Below, piece by piece: positions 25,452 to 36,719 of a stretch of 64,000 nt of DNA. The notes below the pieces were generated by a model. That model was not told the origin of the DNA. It saw nothing but the letters and a program-made list of their open reading frames with translations, and searched no databases. The stretch's first letter is position 1. Each line of letters starts with the position of its first letter. The translations under genes and the position numbers were made by a program. Origin of the DNA: Schizochytrium sp. TIO01 (Eukaryota; Protista; Bigyra: Labyrinthulomycetes); the NCBI GenBank assembly GCA_004764695.1, contig SMSO01000004.1, positions 2,232,001 to 2,296,000 on the forward strand. Direction: 5' to 3'.

Positions 25452-25512
25452 AAAACAAACAAACAAACAAACAAACAAACAAACAAACAAACAAACAAAC
25501 AAACAAACAAAC
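25452..25512. repeat. (AAAC)n microsatellite
   Basis: Direct reading. Confidence 0.95.
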
Positions 25513-26537
25513 ATAACATGATACCTGCACAGAGTACGTAGTGCCTAACTAGATTCTCCTATAACTATCGTGCGTGGTCCTCGCGTAAGACCTGTGGCTC
25601 TTCTCACGGTGAGTCGAGAGCGGTGCGGCATTCGAATTGCGGGAACTGATCGATGCCTCGTGAAGAAGTATCATGGAGTTGTACTGATTGGTTGATGCGC
25701 AGCTCTGGCCGTGATGGCCGCCATTTGCTTGTGCGAGTTCCAGCCATGACCGACCTTTTTAATCGTCGGGAAGGCGGAGCCCGACGGAAGGATGCAGTTT
25801 GGCTTTTCGAGATGGCCGCCGTTTCGATGGATTCTTACGAAGGTGCACGCATCTTCTTCTTCTCTGGCGATAGGCTCACTCTCAATTTGGTTGGTTTCGC
25901 ACCGCAAGTGCAGGGGTCAATTTTCGGCGCACAACCACCAAAGACCTCCTTGGCTGGCGCAGGCTCGCGACGAACGAATGATGATATGTCGCGGCGACAC
26001 CGTCGCAGCGGCAGAAGGCTTCGCGGAGCCTGTTCTGCAGCTCTCGAAGAAGGCCCAAGTGGCCAGAAGCGGGAAAACACAGGTGTGCTTCTTTCCTGTA
26101 ATCTCACGCATGGCAAAGCCCTGAACTTCTTCTTTGTTTATTTACTCATCTTATCCCACTATTTGTTTTGCTTCTTCGTTTCTTCACTTTCTTTCTTTTC
26201 TTCTTTAAATAATTGATAGTTTAGTTGAAGAGAAAAGAAAGAGCAAAGCGCATATTTTCATTTTTACTTTCTTTCCACGATGGTCGTCAAGTAATAAGGA
26301 GGCAATATGGCGATGATGTGCTTGCGGGACAGGCGGCGGGAGTACCTAGGCCGCTGCTACTGAAGAAGTAGCAGGCGCCGCAGATGCTGCTTAGGTACGC
26401 GTGCCCTCGCACCGTTCCGCGTGTGCTCGCACTCTGCTCTTGTTTGTTGCGGCTTCCACGAAGTTCTGCGCAGCGCAACGAAGTCAGCAGAGCAGTCGGC
26501 GCCATCTGTCGTCGTGGGATGCAACAGATCGCTCGAT

Positions 26538-26664
26538 CAATCAGTCAGGCAGGCAGGCAGGCAGTCAATCAGTCAATCAGTCAATCAGTCAATCAGCCGA
26601 TAGTTCGACAGTTCAGTTCGTTCGTTCTTGTCAGCTTTTCTCACGTTGGTTTTCAATCAATCAG

Positions 26665-26703
<39 letters not shown>

Positions 26704-26946
26704 GCTCTTTGCAAAGAAGGAGAGCTTCGATTGAAGAAGGAAGGAACAGGGAAATTTATGAGTGCATGAGTGCGTGAATAAATGAATGAATAAATGAATA
26801 TAAATGAATGAATAAATGAATGAATAAATGAATGAATAAATGAATGAATAAATGAATGAATGAATAAATGAATGAATAAATGAATGAATGAATGAATAAA
26901 TGAATGAATAAATGAATGAATAAATGAATGAATGAATGAATGAATG
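26538..26946. repeat. Compound microsatellite block: (AATCAGTC)n/(CAGG)n, (AATC)n and (TGAA/TAAA)n
   Basis: Direct reading; a 12-bp GAATAAATGAAT higher-order unit dominates 26775-26946. Confidence 0.9.
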
Positions 26947-28646
26947 AGTTAGTGAGTAAATGAGACAGTGAACATGCACTGGAGACGGACCGAGACTGAG
27001 TGGTTGCGCTGCATTATCCACCGCATCAGAGTCCACCGGAGTTGCCGCCTCCAAGCGACCCGAGGCCGCTGCGCGAGCCCCAGTTTGCGAGGGCCTCGCT
27101 CAGCCTGCGGAAGGTATTCATTCACCTCCATCGCACCACGTTCATATCTGCCTCCAAAAAAGTCAATCTTTTCATCGACGCCAAAGCAGAGAGAAATTGA
27201 CGACGATAGGAAACAAAACAAAGAGCGCCGCACACTCCTAGCGTTTCTTAAGTGGTCTTAGCGACGGGCAGAGAGATACGTCATCATCTCATTCGTCGAT
27301 CGATCCCGAATCGACTCGAATTTGAATTTGAATTCGAATTTGAATTCGAGCTGACGAGGAATGAAGGACTCAGGATGGCGAGCGAAGCCATCGCGAAGGG
27401 AGCGAGAGGCTTTGACGAGGCGAGAAGATGGCTGACGCTGGAGGAGGCCACTGCGTCAGCGCATGGCCTCTCAGGAGCGAGCGATGATCCACTCGTCACG
27501 CTCTGACTGAGGCTGCCATTCAATCAATCAATCATCTAATCAAACATTCAATCAATTACTTACTTCCTTACGCTCCTTCTTCCTGAAGCCGCGTTTGCCG
27601 ATGTCTGCTCATGCGGAGATGGGAATGGAAGGTAGCAGGGTGGTTAAGGAAAACACCACGGCTTTGTAAATTGTTGTTTTGTTTTCTTTGTTTCAAATTT
27701 GTTTTAAATAAGTTTGTCTGTTTCAAATTTGTTTTCTTTGTTTTGTTTTGTTTTGTTTTCTTTGTGAAAGCAAAGTATTTTGCGGCTGCTTGACGTGAGG
27801 ATTGAAAGAAGACGAAGTCGGGTGCATCGCAAGGAATCGCCAGAGCTAAGCAAGGCCTTCTGCAAGGCTGCGTGATATGGGCAGCGCTTTCAGGAGGGGG
27901 AGAGGGAGGAGGACAGCCATAAACTTTGCTCTACGGCGACGCTTCAAGTTGGAGCTGAGGCCTGTGTATCAAGAGCGGCGCTTGTGCGAGTACGTAGTTG
28001 ACTTGTCTTTTCCAGCGCTGGGCTGAAGAAAACAAAATTCACGTTTTCGAAGACTTTTTTTTTTTTTTTTTTTTTAAAATTTAAATAAAGAATAACAAAA
28101 CAAAGCATTCGTCGAATAAAAGGAAAAGTGAAAAGTAATTTTCATGAAACCTGTTACTGTAGTAGAAAAGGGTTTTCAAAAGAAAAGAAAAGAAAAGAAA
28201 AGAAAAGAAAAGAAAAGAAAGAAAGAAAGGAGGCGGGAAAAAGTGTTCCCGAAATTCAGAATTCCTTATTTCCAAAACACCTCCCATCATCACACCCGCT
28301 AGCGCCCCCTACCTTTTCGGGTAGCAATCTTAGTCGCAGATTACAGAGAAGCGAGCGATTTGCAAAAGTAAAGTTTTCTCTCTGCCTACCTATAATTTGA
28401 AAGTTGCAAGAGAGGAATTTAAAAATAAACTTAGAAGTAGTAGTAGTAGTAGTAGTAAGGAAGAACTTCTAACCAAAGTAGTTGGTACCGAGTGCTATAG
28501 CGATAGCGTAAATAGCATCCTCCAAAGAATTCGAAGCAGTCAAAGCAAGAGGCTGCAAGCAAACCCGCAACTCGACTCGCTTCGTTGGTCTGCGCGCGCT
28601 AACCCGCTCGCCAGTCCAGCAGTAGCAGCCGCAGCCAACCGCGTTA

Positions 28647-28668
28647 CCCCCCCCCCCCCCCCCCCCCC
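28647..28668. repeat. C22 homopolymer ending 29 nt before the MET10-like ATG
   Basis: Direct reading. Confidence 0.9.
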
Positions 28669-28697
28669 TCTTCACCGTCACTTCCCCGCTCGTAACC

Positions 28698-31600
28698 ATG
28701 GGCAAGGGTCAGGGCAAGGGCCAGGGCGAGATGGATGGTCTCCTGCAGCTCGCAGGAGGCCTCCTCGTCGGCGGCTTCGCTCTCTACAAAATGACCAAAG
28801 ACGACTCCAAGAACAACGCCGACGCCAAGGCACAGCAGCAACAGAAGTCTGCCGTCGTTCTGCCAGAGCAAAAGGCCCAGGCGCCCGGCAAGGTGCAGCA
28901 GCAGGCTGAGCCCAAGCAGCAGCTGCAGGCCAACTCTGAGGCCTCCTCCATCTCCAGCGAGGAGTCTGAGGAGTTCTTGCCCAGCTGGATGAGCCGCAAG
29001 GACCCCAAGACTGGCGTTGAGGAGGTCGGCGGTGCCGTCCCACGCACTGAGACCCAGCAGGCCAGTGCCGCTGACACCAGCGCTCGTGCCGTTATGCAGC
29101 TCTCTTCTGCCAAACCACGCCGTTGCTCGCGTAGCCCAGGCTCGCAGCGACGCTGTCTTCGTCTACGCCGCCGCCGGCGAGGCATACCTTGGCAACACTC
29201 TTGACAAGACCGCGTCCGAGGCACAGGTGCTCGAGATGGAGACCCGCCCTGGCGCAGGTGCTGCCGTCGTAGGTGCTGCCGCCGGAGGATCCCGTGTGGC
29301 AGTTCTTGCCACCAGTGCTTCCATCAAGGCTATGCTCCCTAGCCTCTTCGAGATGGCCGCCAAGTCACTCCCCGTGGTCATCCACGTCGCAGCTCTCTCT
29401 GTTGGCGAGGATAGCCTCGCAATCGCACAGGACCTTAGCGAGATCATGGCCGCTCGTGACACTGGAGTCATCATGCTTGCCTCGTCCAAGGCCGAAGAGG
29501 CCCAGGCTACCGCCCTTTCTGCACACGCTCTCGCTGAGACCCGTGGCGTCCCCGTTCTGCACTTTTTCGACGGCGCCCGTGGCCTTCAGCAACTTACCCC
29601 TATGCGCCTCGTGGCTCCCTCCCTCCTCACTGCGCCCGCTCAACCCGCTGCCCTCGCCCAGCCGGAGGCTTTTGAGTTTGTTGGCAGCCAGAACGCCGAG
29701 GTCGTGATCGTGGCTATGGGTGCCCCCACCAACGTTATTGAGGAGGCTATCTCTATGCGCAGTGCCCACCAGGCCGAGGTTATTGGTGTGCTCAAGGTCC
29801 GCATGCTCCGCCCGTGGTCCGCCAAGGACCTCGTTGCAGCCCTCCCTGCACAGACCAAGCGCATCTGTGTCGTCGATCAGGGCGGCAAGATCGCACCCCT
29901 CTTCGAGGAGGTTGCCGCCAGCATCCACAGCGAGGCCTGGGGCTCTCGCGTCATGCCTCTTTTGCTCTCAGTGCGTCTCCCCGCTCTCGTGGATGGTTTC
30001 ACACCCGCAATGGCACACAGCGTAGTCTCCAACGCCTTGGCGGCTCGCCCCCAACTTGTTATTGGCGCCGAGATTGCTAATGCTTCCGTTGATCTTGACC
30101 TCACGCGGCCTGCAGGCGCTGCTCGCAACATTGTAGCACTCACTACCGCTACCCCGGGAGCTGCTGCTGCTCTCCGTGCCGCTGCTGTGGCCGTGGCCGC
30201 CCAAGCGCACGCACAGGTCTTCGTGTCCGAGGACGTTTACGCAGGTGACGAGGGTGTCGTCCGCGCTGAAATTCGCGTTGGAGCTCCGGGACAGCGTATC
30301 CCTGAATCCTACGCGATCCAGGACGCTGATGTCATTGTTATTGAGCAGCGCGCCCTCGTTGGCGCTGGTGCCCTCGCCGCAGAACTCGTTCGCGATCGCG
30401 GTGTTGTTCTGGTCCTTCCGGATCCCAAGAAGCGCCAGGAGGGCGTTGAGGACGTTCAGATTGAACTCCCCGCCGACGTTCGCACTGAGCTTTCCCGCAA
30501 ATCCGTGAAGCTTGTCACCTTTGACTCCCACGCCTACCTCCGTGAGGCTGCCGAGCGCTCTGTAGAGCCCGTGCCTCTGCAGTCCCTGTACGCTGCTGAG
30601 AAGTGGATGGCTCTTGTCGCTGCCCTCTACAAGTCTGAGGGAGCCGAGCGCTTCACCAACCAGATCGCCAGCGATCTTCGCTCCTCTGTTCGCAACGCCT
30701 CCCGTGCTGCTGTTGGCAACGCTCTCAGTGAGGCCCTCACCACTGGTGTTAGCCGCGTCGAGGGCTACATGGCGGACTCTAGCTTCGCCCTCCGCGACGT
30801 CTCCTTCGGCGGCCCGCACGCCTACATGCCGCGCTCCTCCGCTGGTGCTAGTGGTTCCCAGTTCGAAGGTGCTGACGCTAGCTCCTTTGCCTCTTCCCAC
30901 TTTGGTGGCATGTCCCCGATCCCTCGTGCCCGCGGCTCGGAACTCCGCTTTGTGCCCCGCTTCGAGGTTGCCAAGCCCCAAGAGAGCAAGGCTGCCAGCG
31001 TTGGTGCATCTAATCAGATTACCCAGCTCCAGCGCCACCAGGCTGCTCTTCCCCTCATCTTCCCGGATGCCTTCCAGAAGACCAACGCCATCAAGCCGGC
31101 TTCCCGCGAGAAGGCTTACCAGGTGCGTTTGACCAAGAAGATTCGTCTTACTCCTGGTGAGTACAACCGTGACATCTTCCACCTTGAGTTCGACATTAGC
31201 GATACCGACATCCAGTACCGCATCGGTGATGCTCTCGGTGTGTACCCTGAGAACGACGAGGCTGAGGTTGATGCCTTTATCCGTGAGTACGGCCTTAACC
31301 CCAACGAGTTCGTGTCCTTCCCGTCCCGCGACGGTCAGGTCGAGATCAAGTCTGTGCGTAACATTCTTCTCTCAGAGCTCGACCTCTTCGGTAAGCCCTC
31401 CAAGCGCTTCTACTGTGCTCTCTCCAGCTTTGCTACATCCCGCTACGAGAACCTCAAGCTCTTGCACACTGGTACTGACGACTCTGAGCAGTTCAAGCTC
31501 GGCACCTACGAGACCGTGCGTTTCTCTGATCTTCTTCTTCAGTACCGCTCTGCCAAGCTCACCATCAAGGACCTCATCGAGATTGTGCCGCGCATCCAGG

Positions 31601-32247
31601 CCCGCCACTACTCCATTGCCTCCTCTCAGAAGCTCCACCCCACCTCTGTGCACTTGCTCATCGTCGCTGTTGACTGGGTCACCCCGTCTGGCAAGAAGCG
31701 CTATGGTGCCGCCACTCGCTACTTGAACTCTCTCGACGCAAGCAAGCAGCCCCGCGTCACTGTTGATGTCATTAGCTCTGTTCTTCGCCTCCCGGAGACC
31801 CACGATTCTGCTCTCATTCTCACTGGTCTTGGTACCGGTCTTGCCCCGTTCCGTGCTTTCGTGCAGGAGCGCAAGTGGCTCAAGGAGCAGGGCCATGCCG
31901 TCGGCCCCATCCGCCTCTACTTCGGTGCCCGTCACCGCCGCGAGGAGTACCTCTACGGTGATGAGTGGGATGCCTACCAGGCTGAGGGTCTTGTCGACCT
32001 TTGCCTTGCCTTCTCCCGTGACCAGCCTGAGAAGATCTACGTCCAGACCCGCATGAACGAGGACAAGCTTGTCCTTCGCAAGCTTCTTGCTGAGAATGAT
32101 GCCCATGCCTACATGTGCGGTCCCGTCTGGCCCGTCCCTGATGTCAGCAAGGCTCTCGCTGTCGCTCTCTCCACCACGGATGAACCCGACCATGATGCTG
32201 TCGAGAAGCTCAAGAAGCTCGGCCGCTACTTGCTCGAGGTCTACTAA
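28698..32247 (+). CDS. MET10: Assimilatory sulfite reductase (NADPH) alpha/flavoprotein subunit, Met10-like: N-terminal hydrophobic extension + PFOR-derived domains + FAD/NADPH (FNR) module; about 1182 aa after removing one surplus A at 29112-29114
   Basis: ORFs 28698-29204 and 29017-32247 join as ...QLSSA-NHAVARVAQARSDAVFVY, paralleling NGGEAAAHVAYALSDAVLV of the beta subunit. Motifs: VLKVRMLRPW, YRIGDALGVYPEN, RHYSIASS, GLGTGLAPFRAF, LYFGAR, AFSRD, YMCG, C-terminal GRYLLEVY. Confidence 0.92.
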
Positions 32248-33999
32248 GCGAGTGTGTGTTGAATGAAATAAACATCACCACACCACTAACTGTGACCTCC
32301 CCTGCGTAATTCGGATCGTGATGATGGATAGATTTACATACGTGGATGCTCTTCTATTGTTCCCGCGATTTATCATATCATAACTATCGGGGAAGCCTGT
32401 CTTTCACTTTCTCATTCCATTATTTCTCTCCTCCTGATGAAGAAGCTTTATAAACAAACTCAAACACATTTTTGATGATCATGTCACAAACAACACTTCC
32501 TCTTTCTCCTTTACCTAATTCCTAATAGTTCTATCCCCACCAGTCCAAGTGACTTTTTAAGTTATACAACCTTTGGCAACGGGGTAGAAACTCTCAAAAT
32601 TCTCAGCATTTTGTTACCATTATGTGATAGATATTAAGGAATTGTTAATGCTGGTATTCCCTTCTGTCTCATGAGATTCCGATCCCACTTTCACTAGTCA
32701 GGTGTAGCTCCTAACAATCATTCATGAAAAACAAATTTGGTAAGGAATCAAGTCAAAACTGTTATACAGGGTTTTGGTTTGGAATCCCTGTAGTAACGTT
32801 ACTATTGGGTTTAGTGAAGAATCATCTAATTTTGAGCAATGGGAAAGATCCTCTTGAAATCTCGGACGTCTCTATTGATATCTTTCCAAAACGCAGAGAG
32901 CTGTGCTTCATGAATACATATTAGATGGATGATTTCGTTGAAGTCAATGATTTAACTACAAAGGCATGTGTCAAAATGAGCGATGCTAAGGGGATACACA
33001 GAGTGTAGCTTCTCCTTGACAGACAGAGTGATACTCCCTAGAGGCGCGAACTCCAGAGATTCCTCATGATAGGTTACTGCAAGAACCGAATTGTTAAGAA
33101 TATGGCGATCGATAGCCATAGAGAGAAAATGAGACGGGGTATACATCCCCCAAATTGGTCAGAGATCTTCATAGATTTCCATCTCATTTCTGAAAGTCTA
33201 TGTTGCAGAGTCTATGTATTCACTCGACATAGTCAACCTCAGGATTCTTATTCTTCACATCGTAATTGGGCCACCGAGGCCTTGCAAAATTTACTCAAAT
33301 TTTAAAAACAGGTTTTGAATAATTCTCTCTCATTGTTGAGAGTGCTTCGCAATTGGAGTGCCTAGTACTGGTTCCTTCTACTATGCACACCAGGCATCAA
33401 ATGTCTTTTTGCCTATTTGGCTTTTCAAACGCATGAGTTTTACCATCTCAAGGCAACTAGGTAACCTGTTCCTTTTTTTGTTTTTCTATATAAAACATAC
33501 CAAGTATAGAGAATGTCAGAACACAGTACCTTTAATTTTTTTTAATAACTTCTTGTGTTGTGCTTGCTTATCTTCAGAACGGAGAGAATCCCCTCCTATG
33601 CGGTAGGTACTAATTGATTCGTTTTCTTGTTTTGTTTTCTACACTTTTTCTTTTCTTTCCTTAATTTGAGATGGTAGGGAAGGAACGATGTAAACCCTTT
33701 CGAAAGACAAACAGACTTTGCGCAGGCTGAATTGAAGAAACTTCAAATGAACAGTTGTCTCGACGCACTTTTATCAGAAGCATCTAAAAGATTGACGACT
33801 AGAAAAAGGCGCATTCCTAAAGTTTATGAAGAGTCTAAATACAAACTCCCAAAGAGGTTTCGAAAACAGTTCAAAGGCAGCTCACACCCATCTTTATCAC
33901 GTTGTTAATGCTTGGTGAATACAAGGAAGCACTAATTACAACTACACCACATCTTTTCGCTTTCACAACATTTGCGAAATCTCAAAGTAGTCTTCAGCA

Positions 34000-36719
34000 T
34001 TATCTCCGACCAAAAAATCCACGACGGGAGGAATTCCTGCTCGGAGGAGGAGAGGGGTTTTCAAGAAGGTGGTTGATTGCTCGGTTAAGATCACCATCTG
34101 CGCCGCTCAAAGCTTCTGAGATCTGCTGATCAGAGATATCATCACCCACAATTGCCCGGATTTGAGCAATTTTCTCACTATCACGACCTCCACTAGAGCT
34201 GGTGGCCGAAGAATATCGTGGTGGAGGCGGAGGCGGATTTCTATCACCACCGCTCATGGGATAGGCAGGGGCCGCAGTGGGCACTGTCTGAACAGCAGAC
34301 GGGCCCATCGGGAAGGCCGGGGCTACACCACCTCCACCAACAGCATACGGAGTCATTAGTGGCTGCGACATTTGACGATCATACCCTGGCCGAGACATCA
34401 TACCCGGGTAGACGCCCTGGGGTTGTTGCTGCTGCTGTCCAAGGATACATCCCACCACCAGTGTTGTTGTTGGTGCTGTTGCTGCTGGCGTTTTGTGCAC
34501 GTTTGACAAGATCCGCTTCAAGTTCCTTGCGTTGCATGTCACGAACGTAGCAATGGTCTGCTGCAGTCGTGTCAAGCTGACCAATGCGAGTACGCAAATT
34601 CTGGTAGAACTTTTCGCCTTCTACAATGTAAGTAGCAATCTCTTCAAAGGCCTCGATGGCCTGGTCAATTTCTGCGATGACTCCTTCGCGCTTCAACATG
34701 GCTTCGGACTGCTTCCGCATTTTCATGAATTCAAAGTTTCGATCCAGAATACGACTGAGCATCATCGGCAGATCCTCAATACGACCATCCATCTCAGAAA
34801 GCATTGCAGAGTATTTTTGCACCTCACTATTAATAAGTTTCTGCAAACGACTTTCACTTGAAGCAACTGCGTTCGGTCCACCAGGTGCAGAATTCATGGC
34901 TGCGGCAATAGAATCTCCAGCCGTATCATCCACAAGTTGGCCCTGGAGACCTTCAAGCTCCTGGATGCATGTGCCCAGCTCTACTAGCATTACTGCAAGG
35001 TCAGAACGGGTTTCCTCCACTTCCGGGTTTGCGTCAATGTCTTCTGTGGACGGGAACAGTTGATCAATCTTGAACTTGGGAAAGCTAAGAATCTCCATCT
35101 TTTCACGGTTTGTGTCGAGCTTGTCCTTCAGCACGTTGTCAGAGGCGCGAGCTTCAGAAAGAAGGCTGCGATACCGTGAGATATCACCTCGCATGTGAAG
35201 ACTGAGGTTTGCAGAGGGTGTGACTGTCCAAAGTTCGCCCCAAGTTGTGCGACAACGAGTGTCTTCTTCTTCCTCCTCACCAAGTTTGGCTTCAATTGTA
35301 CGAAGTTGTTGATCAATACCTGAAGCCAAGGCTTCGTTATCCTGCAACGAAATTTCTAGCCCAGCGGTCCCGCCGCGGGAATTGACGCTATTCTCAATCC
35401 GGCTCCATACGGCATCGGGCAAGCCATCCTGGGAGGAATCACCTGCTTCCACAGCCGCAGGCAACCCGGCCTCGGAGAGGCGAAGCTTAACATCTTCACA
35501 TGCATCCTGCACCTTGTTACCATATTCTTCGACCAAGTGTGTTAAATGACTCTTGTACAAGGTTTCAGCTTCTTGCATGACAACAGGAAGCAGGCCTGCA
35601 AAAATACTCTCTTCGTAGACGTCGCTTCCACGCCGCGTGGCATAAGAGATATCATGGCTTCCCCAACAGACCATCAGCTGGGGCAATTGGCTTTGCAAGA
35701 GCGGCCATTGGCGGATCCGCGAGCGATTTGACTGATGGAATCACCTGCATGTAAATGCGATTATTGTCTTCGGATGCTACGTCAAGGCGATCATGGATTA
35801 CCTTGCGCAGATGACGAATCGTCTCCAACATGGAAGCTGGCACTCGGCCTTGCTGACCAGCATAAATTGCGGCTTCACAAAGCTCACTGGCGTATCCTAA
35901 ACGAGCAATTTCCTCGCCATAGCCCTCCGTAGTTTCCTCAGCACGTTGATGAACTACTTTGGCGTATTGGAACTGCGTTGATGCCTGGAAGCAGCGGTAC
36001 TGAAAGTCGATATGAACGGCCCATGTTGGATCAAGTGTAGAGGCAAGAGAACCACTCCGAGAAGCGTCCAACGAGTGTCTGTACCAGTCACAGGCCTGGG
36101 CCGAGAGCTTGGCAAGAATGGCTGGTTTGTGCTCATCACGTATGGCCTTTTCGTAGAAACATGCCTGTGCTTGAGCAAGCATGAGATTACACAGCATGTC
36201 GAGGCCCTCGGGAGACATGTCTGAAAGGGTCGGCCCCAGCAATCGGTGCCCCACCACCTCGTCGCGAAGGTAGTGGTAGATACCAGCAGCACGCTGAAAA
36301 AACACACAGGCCTTCTTCAGACCGCCCACATCACTGCGATCTTGTACCATACCCTGATGCGACAAAACTGAACCAAGGTTGAAGAGTACGGAGGCACGCT
36401 CGAATTCAAGTTGAGACATGGACATTTTCTTCTGTGGGCGTAAGGCATCGTACCAAACAAACGTAAGTTTGAGGCCGCCTTCGCCGAGTGGGAAGCGAGG
36501 TTCCACATCACCGAGCATGGTCAGATAGCTCTCCATAGCGTCCACGGAGCTATCCGCGGCGCCCGCGGCATTTGCAACGCGCTCGCGTGTAGTGCTGAGC
36601 CTTTGAATTGATCCTGCATGCTTGTCAAGTTCTTCAGGACTGTAGTTAGATGAAATATAGCTTCGCAACGGACCCGACCAGTCCACACCCTTCGTCTCTT
36701 TCAGTGGTACTGCCAACAT
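34000..36719 (-). CDS. ALIX/BRO1 (ESCRT accessory) protein: BRO1 domain + V domain + Pro/Tyr-rich region + UBA-like tail; about 905 aa after removing surplus bases at 35661-35664 and 34441-34442
   Basis: BRO1 motifs LAVPLKET, FVWYDAL, FERASVLFNLG, MLAQAQACFY and DNNRIY; V-domain end EGEKFYQNL. Three ORFs (35652-36734, 34379-35698, 34000-34584) join colinearly. First ATG is at 36719. Confidence 0.88.

Noticed and set aside
17680-28400. Many 60-214-aa ORFs in the spacer, and similar ones at 42400-47700
   Set aside because: Mostly microsatellite translations or non-ATG starts; no codon bias or domain motifs.
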